Assembly (NCBI GenBank): GCA_963666425.2
Contig: OY762825.2
Location: forward strand, 2,176,001-2,240,000
Length of the DNA stretch: 64,000 bases
Direction of reading: 5' to 3'
Origin: Bacillota bacterium
GTDB lineage: Bacteria; Bacillota; JAAYKD01
A model generated the notes under the pieces. It saw only the letters and a program-made list of their open reading frames with translations. It searched no databases and had not been told where the DNA came from. Below are positions 47,437 to 55,642 of this stretch, in pieces; position 1 is the first letter of the stretch; each line of letters starts with the position of its first letter. A program made the position numbers and the translations under genes.

Positions 47437-48162
47437 GTGAAAAAACCGATTATCATGATCATGTGGGGCTCTTGTTTGGAGAATCAGTTTCTCTCTCATG
47501 CTAATATGCTGACCAAGGCCTACAGCGCGGCGATTACCGCCGGCGGCGGCATTCCGCTTTTGCCGCTGGTGCAAAGTCAGGTGAAGGAATATGCCAAGCT
47601 GGCCGATGGTTTGCTGCTGCCGGGTGCGATGGGCTACTCGCCCAAACCGGAGCTGGCAAAACACCTGGCAGCAGAGCGTTTTTCACGTCAATCGGATTTT
47701 GAGAGTGAATTGTATCAGGCTTTCAAGGCCGCCGGCAAACCGATCCTGGGGATTTGCGCCGGCTGCCAGAAAATGAATTGTGAAGAAGGCGGCACTTTAC
47801 AGCTTGATTTTCGAAAAATGTTTGGTATAGAACATAGTGTCGGTGTGACGCATGCGGTAGATGCGGTCGCCGGCTCGCTGCTGAATGAAATTTGGGGTGA
47901 GCATTTTTTCATCAACAGTTATCATGGCTTTCGCATCGCGCAATTAGGTAAAGGTTTTAGAATTACAGCCTATTCGCCGGAAGGGATTCCCGAGGCGATT
48001 GAGCATCAGGAATTGCCATTCTACGGAACACAGTTCCATCCGGAGCGGATGCGCGGTGATTTTCCCAATCCACCGGAAGGGCCCAATTCCGATCCTCTTT
48101 TCCAGCGCTTTGTTGAATTGTGCGCCACGGCTGCGGCTCAGAACGAACTGCACGGGTGCTAA
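47437..48162 (+). CDS. Peptidase C26 / class I GATase-fold hydrolase B1 (Cys-His-Glu intact)
   Basis: DGLLLPG, PILGICAGCQ, INSYH, GTQFHPE; GTG start after an AAGGAGG inside the A1 3' end. Confidence 0.85.
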   Translation: MKKPIIMIMWGSCLENQFLSHANMLTKAYSAAITAGGGIPLLPLVQSQVKEYAKLADGLLLPGAMGYSPKPELAKHLAAERFSRQSDFESELYQAFKAAGKPILGICAGCQKMNCEEGGTLQLDFRKMFGIEHSVGVTHAVDAVAGSLLNEIWGEHFFINSYHGFRIAQLGKGFRITAYSPEGIPEAIEHQELPFYGTQFHPERMRGDFPNPPEGPNSDPLFQRFVELCATAAAQNELHGC

Positions 48163-48239
48163 AGAGACGTTCGTTCTCGCGTGGATGGTTGCAGCTTTCG
48201 CGTAAAATGATTTAAAAAACAGAGAATGGAGTGAATGAC

Positions 48240-49091
48240 TTGAAACCATTGATCCTGATCACGGGGGAAGACGAATTTGATCCCAAATCGCACAACCCAT
48301 TTTACCTGATTAAACGCAGCTATGGCACGGCAGTGGCCGGCGCGGGCGGCACAGCCGTAATGCCACTGGATCCGGTGCAGTGGGCGAGTTATGCCGAAAT
48401 GGCGGATGGTCTGCTGCTGACCGGCGGCGTGGATGTCCATCCGGCACGTTATAATGATATCTTTATGGATTACGATCCGAATTCCGGCGCACCGGCGCCT
48501 TTTGTTATCAGCGTCACCCGGGATTCCATGGATATCCTGCTTTGCCAGGCATTTTTGCGGGCGGGTAAGCCAATCATGGGAATCGGACGCGGTCTGCAGG
48601 TGATCAATGTCGTTTTAGGCGGCACGATGGTCCAGGATATTGCGATTTTGCTGCAGCAGGAACACCCGATTGGCCAGCACCACTGGGTTTCCACCACAGC
48701 CGGCAGTCAAATGCAGCAATTACTGGGAGAGAAACTGGAAGTAAACAGTTATCATCACATGGCAGTCAAGACGTTGGGAAAGGATCTGAGTGTCAGCGCC
48801 TGGTCCGAAGATGGTCTGATTGAAGCCATCGAGCATACCAGCCTGCCTGTTTTTGCGGTGCAGTGGCATCCGGAGACCTATCGAACCGATGACGAGGAAA
48901 TTCGAGCCCTGCATGCCGGTGTGACAGAACCGATCATGACGGTGGATGCCGATGAACTCGCAAAGCAGATCACGGCGACCGAACATAAAAAAGCCATTCC
49001 GGGTTATAAGACCGATGCGGATGTGGAATTGCCAACCGATAACGCATTGTTTAACTACTTTATTGCATTATGTCAAAAGGAGGGCAAATAA
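48240..49091 (+). CDS. C26-like protein A2, Cys->Gly (near-identical to A1)
   Basis: Same motifs as A1; TTG start after GGAGTG. Confidence 0.85.
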   Translation: MKPLILITGEDEFDPKSHNPFYLIKRSYGTAVAGAGGTAVMPLDPVQWASYAEMADGLLLTGGVDVHPARYNDIFMDYDPNSGAPAPFVISVTRDSMDILLCQAFLRAGKPIMGIGRGLQVINVVLGGTMVQDIAILLQQEHPIGQHHWVSTTAGSQMQQLLGEKLEVNSYHHMAVKTLGKDLSVSAWSEDGLIEAIEHTSLPVFAVQWHPETYRTDDEEIRALHAGVTEPIMTVDADELAKQITATEHKKAIPGYKTDADVELPTDNALFNYFIALCQKEGK

Positions 49092-49092
49092 A

Positions 49093-49809
49093 GTGAAAAA
49101 ACCGATCATCATGATCATGTGGGGCTCTTGTTTGGAGAATCAGTTTCTCTCTCACGGTATGATGCTGACCAAGGCCTACAGCGCGGCGATTACCGCCGGT
49201 GGCGGCATTCCGCTCTTGCCGCTGGTGCAGAGTCAAGTGATGGAATATGTCAAACTGGCCGATGGTTTGCTGCTGCCGGGCGGCATGGGTTATGTGCCGC
49301 GGCCTCAATTGGGAAGACATCTGGCAGCAGAACGCTTTTCACGTCAATCGGATTTTGAGAGTGAATTGTATCAGGCTTTCAAGGCCGCCGGCAAGCCGAT
49401 CCTGGGGATTTGCGCCGGCTGTCAGAAAATCAATTGTGAAGAAGGCGGCAGCCTGGAATTGGACTTTCGACGGAATACCGGCATAGAGCATCATATGGGC
49501 AGCAGCCACGCTGTAAAAGCAGCTGCGGGCAGTTTATTTGACCAATTGTTTGGTGATCATTTCCGCATCAACAGTTATCATGGTTATAAAATCAGCCAAT
49601 TGGGTGAGCAGCTAAAAGTGACGCTGCTGTCACCGGAAGGAATTCCCGAGGCGATTGAGCATCTGAAATATCCTATTTTTGGCACGCAATGGCATCCGGA
49701 GCGGATGCGCGGTGATTTTCCCAATCCACCGGAGGGCCCGGATACAACAGTGCTCTTCCGTCATTTCATTCGATTGTGTGGGGATCGACGGGATCAAGAG
49801 CAAGCTTAA
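49093..49809 (+). CDS. C26-like hydrolase B2 (Cys-His-Glu intact)
   Basis: PILGICAGCQ, GTQWHPE; C-terminal half diverged from B1. Confidence 0.85.
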   Translation: MKKPIIMIMWGSCLENQFLSHGMMLTKAYSAAITAGGGIPLLPLVQSQVMEYVKLADGLLLPGGMGYVPRPQLGRHLAAERFSRQSDFESELYQAFKAAGKPILGICAGCQKINCEEGGSLELDFRRNTGIEHHMGSSHAVKAAAGSLFDQLFGDHFRINSYHGYKISQLGEQLKVTLLSPEGIPEAIEHLKYPIFGTQWHPERMRGDFPNPPEGPDTTVLFRHFIRLCGDRRDQEQA

Positions 49810-50328
49810 GAAGAAGAAAACAAATAGTACGCCAGCGATAAAAGCTCGGTAGAATGCTGCAGTCCAAAGAGGTAAAGAATACAAAAGCTGGATCCTGGCA
49901 GCAATTCCAAGCAAAAAAACTTGTCATAAATTTACATATACATACGATTTATCAGAAACAGAAATTAAACAGGTCAATGAAATTAATTAGTTCTAAATAA
50001 AGCAACATTCAGCCAATTTTTCGAGCATCTAAAGAATAATATTAGCTAAATTTTATAAAAATGCAGAATGCTGCAAACCGACATTTACCAAAATATGTAA
50101 TTAATACAACATAATTTTCAAAATAAATAAGATCATCAAAGGCACCCCGACGAACTCTACGTTTAAAATGCATATCCGACAGAAAGAAATAGTATTAAAA
50201 AAAAAGGAATTCGATATGTGGTTGCATAATGAATAAGAAGACAGATTTCTGTCAATGGTTGTTCTATTTCGAATGGAATCGATGTGCGACCCGAATAAAA
50301 CGGAATGCATTAAAGGAGGAGTGTTGCG

Positions 50329-51660
50329 ATGAAGACAGGAATTGTAGGTCCAAAGATTACTGTTGAGAGAATCATATCGAACTTGGAAACCAAAAAACTC
50401 TTTGTTGAATATGTTCCCATCATTTATGAAAAACTGCAGGATGCTGTGGCACTGGTACGAGCACATATCGGAGTCGTGGATAATTTTTATTTCACCGGTC
50501 CGATACCGTACCACTATATCCGGACAAAAATGACCTTGCCATGTCCGGTGGAATACCGTACGGTAGATAGTAATGCCTTTGTTGTGATGCTGTTTCAAGC
50601 CAATTATCATTTTCACTGTGATATCAAAAAGGTGACTGCAGATTTTTACGATAACACGAACCTTGCCAAAGCTTATAACCTTTTAGAAATACCCGCTTCC
50701 CAAGTAAAGATCCTGGAAGCGCAATATGATATTTTCGACAATGAGTATCCGGAAAAAAACGCGGAATTTCATATTGCCAACATTGCGGAAGGAAATGCAA
50801 ATTTCTGCCTGACCGGAACCGAGCGAACTTACGAAATACTGAAAGCAAAAGGTTATCCCGTTATTATGGCCCAGCCTTCTCAGGAGCAGCCGGAAATGCA
50901 GATCAATCAGCTGCGCTTGCGTAATGTGATGGCTTTACGGGATGAAAATGAATCTTCAGTTATTTCTATCGCGGTGGAATATGGTGTTGAACAGGAAGGT
51001 GCCATTACCACCGAGCTGCAGAATTATCAGATCCGCGGACAGATTATGGAGAAGATTTATTATTACGCTCAGAGATTGGATGCGGCAGTGGAAAAGCAGG
51101 AGAATGGTGACCTGATCTATCGCATCTACACCACCAAATCGATTCTCAGCGATGAAACCAGCGGCTACCGCAAACTGCGCTTGTTGGATGAATTGCCGGG
51201 TCTCTTTGGGGTCGTCAAAGTCGGCATTGGCATCGGCCTTGGTGAGACGACGGCAGAAGCGAAGAGGAATGCTGATTTTGGCTGTGAACGGGCGAGTAAT
51301 TACGAAACCGACTGCTTCTTTATTGTCTATGATGACCAGAAAATCGCTGGGCCGATCATCCAGACCGAAGTGGTCAAAAAGAATGAAGAAATTAATGGCG
51401 AACTCTATTTAATCTCCCGGGATACGCAGGTGGGTTTGGATAAATTGATCATTATCGATGCAGTCCTCGACCAATATGGGGTTGATGTGATCACCCCGGG
51501 AGAATTGGCACGTTTATGCGAATTGCCTCTGAACAGAGTGAATCGTCTGATCACCAAATTAGAATCATCGGGTTACGCTAGAGTCATCGGCAAAAAGCCG
51601 TTGAATGGTTCGGGTCGTCCCAGCCGTCTCGTCCAAATTAACCTTAAAAAGCGGATTTAA
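50329..51660 (+). CDS. Putative ligand-responsive transcriptional regulator with C-terminal winged HTH
   Basis: ITPGELARLCEL...RVNRLITKLE..GY...GRP wHTH; central VGIGIG.G.T..EA segment like degenerate cyclase/GGDEF-like domains; RBS AAGGAGG. Confidence 0.72.
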   Translation: MKTGIVGPKITVERIISNLETKKLFVEYVPIIYEKLQDAVALVRAHIGVVDNFYFTGPIPYHYIRTKMTLPCPVEYRTVDSNAFVVMLFQANYHFHCDIKKVTADFYDNTNLAKAYNLLEIPASQVKILEAQYDIFDNEYPEKNAEFHIANIAEGNANFCLTGTERTYEILKAKGYPVIMAQPSQEQPEMQINQLRLRNVMALRDENESSVISIAVEYGVEQEGAITTELQNYQIRGQIMEKIYYYAQRLDAAVEKQENGDLIYRIYTTKSILSDETSGYRKLRLLDELPGLFGVVKVGIGIGLGETTAEAKRNADFGCERASNYETDCFFIVYDDQKIAGPIIQTEVVKKNEEINGELYLISRDTQVGLDKLIIIDAVLDQYGVDVITPGELARLCELPLNRVNRLITKLESSGYARVIGKKPLNGSGRPSRLVQINLKKRI

Positions 51661-51672
51661 TCCGCTTTTTTG
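51646..51672 (+). terminator. Terminator overlapping the regulator stop codon
   Basis: AAAAAGCGGAT-TTA-ATCCGCTTTTTT. Confidence 0.7.
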
Positions 51673-51879
51673 GTTGTTTTGGCAGAGGGTTTCGATGATA
51701 CAAAAACAAAATCATGCAAGGGAGGGTTGTAGCGGTATTGCCGAGTTCAATTTTTAATCGGAATTATTCGTTGAGATCTTATTATCGGCAGCAATGTGTA
51801 AAATGAAAAGAAATGATGGAATCAAGACAGCTCTTGTAGGGACAAACTGTCTGACAGAACTCAGAATGGAGGATTTGAT

Positions 51880-52665
51880 ATGACCATTATTCCAGGGAAG
51901 ATTTTTTCCTTTCTCGTCCTGATCGTGCTGAGCATAATAACGGTTTACATGATTAAGAGGATGCAGACGAGCAGTGAACCGGTGGATGTTCGTCGTTTAG
52001 CCGGATTGGATGCGCTGCAGGAAGTGGTTGGCCGTGCTACGGAAACCGGACGCCCCATCCATTACAACCCCGGCATGGGTTCCGTTGAAAGCGCCAGTAC
52101 CGGCGCACGTGTTTTGGGCGGTATGGAAGTTTTGGGCTGGCTGAGTAACCAATGTGCCCGCTATGATACACGCTTGATTTCAACTTACTGTGCACCTTCC
52201 ACTTACGCAATCGCGCGCGAAGTCATTCGGAACGGATACGTGCAGGCAGGAAAACCAGAAAGTATGAATGAAGAAACCGCACAATTTTTATCCAGCGACC
52301 AAATGGCATTTGCTATGGGCGCAGTATCCATTATGCAGCGGGAACGCATCGCCTCTAATGTGCTGATCGGCAGCTACGGCGCAGAATGCCTGCTGTTGGC
52401 GGAAGCCGGCAATACCCTGGGCGCGATCCAGATTTCCGGTGATACCAATGCTTACCAATTGCCTTTCCTGATTGTTACTTGCGACTATTCTTTGATTGGT
52501 GAAGAGCTCTTTGCCGCCGGCGCCGTTTTGAGCAACAATCGCGATGTTTACGGTTCTTTGATTGCGCAGGATTACGGTAAATTGGCCGCTGTGGTCTTGA
52601 TCATCGCCGGCAGTGTGATGGCGACCTTCGGCAATACGGTTTTAACAAAATTATTCAGTTGGTAG
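51880..52665 (+). CDS. Uncharacterised membrane protein, DUF6754-like (TM-soluble domain-TM)
   Basis: N- and C-terminal hydrophobic helices; RRLAGLDA..E.VGRATE.GRP, E.LLLAE.G, QLPF...CDY.LIGEELFAAGA, GSL.AQD motifs that I recall from DUF6754-annotated proteins. Confidence 0.7.
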   Translation: MTIIPGKIFSFLVLIVLSIITVYMIKRMQTSSEPVDVRRLAGLDALQEVVGRATETGRPIHYNPGMGSVESASTGARVLGGMEVLGWLSNQCARYDTRLISTYCAPSTYAIAREVIRNGYVQAGKPESMNEETAQFLSSDQMAFAMGAVSIMQRERIASNVLIGSYGAECLLLAEAGNTLGAIQISGDTNAYQLPFLIVTCDYSLIGEELFAAGAVLSNNRDVYGSLIAQDYGKLAAVVLIIAGSVMATFGNTVLTKLFSW

Positions 52666-52678
52666 GAGGTGAGCGTAA

Positions 52679-53299
52679 ATGAAAAGAACAGTTCCGTTGA
52701 TCATTGCCTTTATAGTTGGTATGGGTTTATTGTTGGATAACTTTATTAAACTTACTCCGTTGAATACTTCCATGGTGACTTTGCGTTCCTGGCTGGTTAT
52801 CATTGCCTTGTTTTCCCTGATGGTGGCAGCGCTCAACCTTTTAATGGTGCATATCCCACGGATCATCAAACGCAAAGGTACTTGGTCACAGAGTATTGTC
52901 CTGGTTACTTTTATGCTGCTGACCATTATTAGCGGTATTTTCATCGGTACCAAAGGGACAATCTATCAGACTCTTTATACCGGTATTATGACGCCGGGCG
53001 GTTCTACCGTCAATGCGTTATTGGCCTTCTTTATTGCTTCCGCAGCAGTGCGGACCTTCCGGGCTAGAAATCTGGAATCCACACTCCTCTTGATTACTGC
53101 CATTATTCTGATGTTATCCAATGTCACCATTGGTAATGCGATCAGTCAGTACATTCCCGTTGTTGGTAATTGGATCACCAATGTACCGAATGCGACTGCA
53201 CAGCGGGGCTTGATTATTTCCAGTTCACTGGCCTTTGTCACCATTAACTTAAGAAATATCCTCGGCTTCAGCACCCAGTGGCTGGGCGGCAAAGATTAG
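52679..53299 (+). CDS. Uncharacterised polytopic membrane protein (operon gene 2)
   Basis: About 6 hydrophobic segments; LLAFFIASAA.R.FRARN motif; AGGAGG RBS. Confidence 0.75.
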   Translation: MKRTVPLIIAFIVGMGLLLDNFIKLTPLNTSMVTLRSWLVIIALFSLMVAALNLLMVHIPRIIKRKGTWSQSIVLVTFMLLTIISGIFIGTKGTIYQTLYTGIMTPGGSTVNALLAFFIASAAVRTFRARNLESTLLLITAIILMLSNVTIGNAISQYIPVVGNWITNVPNATAQRGLIISSSLAFVTINLRNILGFSTQWLGGKD

Positions 53300-53311
53300 G
53301 GGGGCGGGCAG

Positions 53312-54154
53312 ATGAAAAAGTTTAACATCTTCGATCTCGATAAAAGAATTACTTATCTCTTACTGCTGATTATGATTGTTTTCCCCTTGCTCTATCCGAT
53401 TGGGATTGCCATCAAACCATCGGAAAACACCATCCTTGCCTATAATTATGTGGAATCCTTAAAACCAGGTTCTTCCGTCATTCTCTTTATTGACTTTGGC
53501 ATGGGCAATAGTGCAGAACTGACACCGCAGGTGATCGCTTCTTTAAAACACTTTGCCAGGAAAGACCTGAAAGTATATGCCGCTACGCAAGTGCCGGAAA
53601 TGGCGACCGCCCTTGAATCGTATTTGGAGCAGACTTATGGGGCAGCAGGCAAGGTCTACGGTGAAGATTATATCGACCTAGGCTACTTTGCCGGTGCAGA
53701 ATCTGCCATCGGCGCCATGGGTGATAGCCTGATTGCTGTCTTTAAAACGGATAGCAGAGGCACTGATCTGACCAAGATTCCGATGATGAAATCTGTTGTG
53801 AAATTGCCTGATATTAACGTGGTTTTTGCTGTGACGGCATCCGGCACAATTCCATTCATCCGTCAGTGCAATGCCAAGTTCGGTATGCCGATTATTTTCT
53901 CGGTCAATGCCGTCATGGGACCTGCCAATGTACCTTATGTTCAATCCGGACAAGCGGTATCCGTGCTGGTAGGTAGTCCCGCTGCCGCGCAATATGAAAC
54001 GATCATCGGCGAGCCGGGTGTAGCAACTGCCGCCATGGATGCGCAATCGCTGGCTCATGTTATCATCATTCTTTTGATTGTTTGGGGTAATATTGGCTAT
54101 TTTGTGGAAAAACGTCAAAAGCAAGCAAAAAAATCAGAAGAAAAGAAAGCCTAA
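53312..54154 (+). CDS. Uncharacterised membrane protein (TM-soluble alpha/beta domain-TM; operon gene 3)
   Basis: D.RI.Y N-terminal TM, K.YG.DY..LGY.AG, AA.YE, AMDAQS..H, GNIGY motifs. Confidence 0.75.
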   Translation: MKKFNIFDLDKRITYLLLLIMIVFPLLYPIGIAIKPSENTILAYNYVESLKPGSSVILFIDFGMGNSAELTPQVIASLKHFARKDLKVYAATQVPEMATALESYLEQTYGAAGKVYGEDYIDLGYFAGAESAIGAMGDSLIAVFKTDSRGTDLTKIPMMKSVVKLPDINVVFAVTASGTIPFIRQCNAKFGMPIIFSVNAVMGPANVPYVQSGQAVSVLVGSPAAAQYETIIGEPGVATAAMDAQSLAHVIIILLIVWGNIGYFVEKRQKQAKKSEEKKA

Positions 54155-54166
54155 GGAGGTGCACTA

Positions 54167-54781
54167 ATGCAAATCAGTAATAATCCTGTCGTTTGGTTGG
54201 CCGCCTTTGTTACGGTCTCGATCCTCAGTTTCGTTTTCTGGAATGACAGTCCGTTTTATAAATATGTGCAAAGCGCTTATTTAGGCGTAGCTGCTGGTAT
54301 CACGGTGGTGGTTGGCTGGGGCAATATAAAAAGTCAGGTGATTGCTCCTTTAGCAAAAGGTGACTACAGCATGGTTGTGCCGATTATTTTCGGCTGCCTC
54401 CTGCTGATCCGCTTTATTCCCGGTTTAAATTGGGTCGCACGATATCCGGTCGCAATCTTAGTCGCCGGCGGCGCCGGCCTAGGCTTGGCCAATACCGTGC
54501 AGGCACAGTTTGTCAGTCAGATCAAAGCTGCTTTACTGCCTCTCAACAACATCAATAATCTGATCATGTTTGTCGGTTTAATCGCGGTGATTGCCTTCTT
54601 TTTCCTGACCGGTCGGACCACGCATGCGATTGAGAAATTTAAACTTGGTTGGCTGACCTATCTTGGCCGCCTCGTTTTGATGATTGCTTTCGGTGCAGCC
54701 TTTGGTACCACGGTCATGGGACGCTGTTCCATACTGATTGGCCGTATGCAGTTCCTTTTGACCGATTTACTCGGTTTATAA
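54167..54781 (+). CDS. Uncharacterised polytopic membrane protein (operon gene 4)
   Basis: About 6 hydrophobic segments; SF...D.P.Y, GR..LM..FGA.FG.TVMGR motifs; AAGGAGG RBS. Confidence 0.75.
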   Translation: MQISNNPVVWLAAFVTVSILSFVFWNDSPFYKYVQSAYLGVAAGITVVVGWGNIKSQVIAPLAKGDYSMVVPIIFGCLLLIRFIPGLNWVARYPVAILVAGGAGLGLANTVQAQFVSQIKAALLPLNNINNLIMFVGLIAVIAFFFLTGRTTHAIEKFKLGWLTYLGRLVLMIAFGAAFGTTVMGRCSILIGRMQFLLTDLLGL

Positions 54782-54802
54782 AAAGTAAATTTTACTTTCA
54801 AT

Positions 54803-54843
54803 GAACATCCTTCCTCTTACTAAAGAGGAAGGATGTTCGTTTT
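54803..54843 (+). terminator. Intrinsic terminator closing the four-gene membrane operon
   Basis: GAACATCCTTCCTCTT-ACTA-AAGAGGAAGGATGTTC-GTTTT. Confidence 0.85.
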
Positions 54844-54941
54844 ACGGTAATCAGCAGAAAATGCAGGAAAGCAGCGGATCCGACACGAATTAAAAAGCAT
54901 CGCTCATGCTTTTGAGTGAAATACGAACTTGGAGGTTCTTC

Positions 54942-55178
54942 ATGAAGACCTTTTTGGAATATTGTTCTGCTTATTTTAAAAGAATGTCACTGATCGATAG
55001 CATGCTGTTGAAAGTGAGCATTTTTTCTCTTGCTCTGCTGATCGGGATGGTGCTTTCACCAAAACAGCGTGATGCAAAGATTACCGTGATCACCGCAGTG
55101 TTCAGCGCTTCTACTCTGATGCTGATGAAAGGGCTCTTGCAGTTTTTCCAGGCGCACCGTCTGCATGCCATGGAATAA
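54942..55178 (+). CDS. Small two-TM hypothetical membrane protein
   Basis: ATG after GGAGG; two hydrophobic helices. Confidence 0.65.
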   Translation: MKTFLEYCSAYFKRMSLIDSMLLKVSIFSLALLIGMVLSPKQRDAKITVITAVFSASTLMLMKGLLQFFQAHRLHAME

Positions 55179-55180
55179 GC

Positions 55181-55615
55181 ATGCCAGGCAGCAGCATCGA
55201 ACAAACGATCGACGAAAAAGGCAGTTTGCTGATCATACCGTATGGTCATAGTATGTGGCCATTGCTGCGCAGCGGCATAGATCCGGTCTACTTAAAAAAG
55301 CCGGTGATTTTACGGAAATATGATGTTATCCTTTTTCGGCGCAATCAGGCACAACTCGTTCTGCATCGTATCGTGGCTGTCGGGAAAGACAGCTACCTTA
55401 TCTGCGGCGATGCAGAAAGTGGACGGGAGTGGATCCGTCCAGAGCAAGTGAAAGCGGTGATGGGCGGCTTTTATCGCGGAAAAGCCTATATCGGCTGCGA
55501 TCATCCGCTTTACCGAATCTATGTGCAGCTCTGGTGTGCCGCTTATCCGCTGCGGGTTGGTTTGCTTTATCTGCACGCTTTGCTTGCTAAAAAAAACGTC
55601 GCCAGAAAAAAATAA
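55181..55615 (+). CDS. S24/S26-family peptidase-like protein
   Basis: G.SMWPLL (Ser), YDVILF, VLHRIV (His), ICGD. Confidence 0.75.
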   Translation: MPGSSIEQTIDEKGSLLIIPYGHSMWPLLRSGIDPVYLKKPVILRKYDVILFRRNQAQLVLHRIVAVGKDSYLICGDAESGREWIRPEQVKAVMGGFYRGKAYIGCDHPLYRIYVQLWCAAYPLRVGLLYLHALLAKKNVARKK

Positions 55616-55642
55616 GATAAAATTGAGCGGAGGTGCGAAAGG

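Larger units (their letters stand above)
46584..49745 (+). repeat. Tandem duplication of the A-B gene pair, period 1656 bp
   Basis: Starts 46584/48240 and 47437/49093 and HPE codons 48037/49693 are all offset by exactly 1656; long identical stretches. Confidence 0.95.

Noticed and set aside
50101-50616. 171-aa minus-strand ORF
   Set aside because: Overlaps the regulator antisense and its promoter region; no coding features
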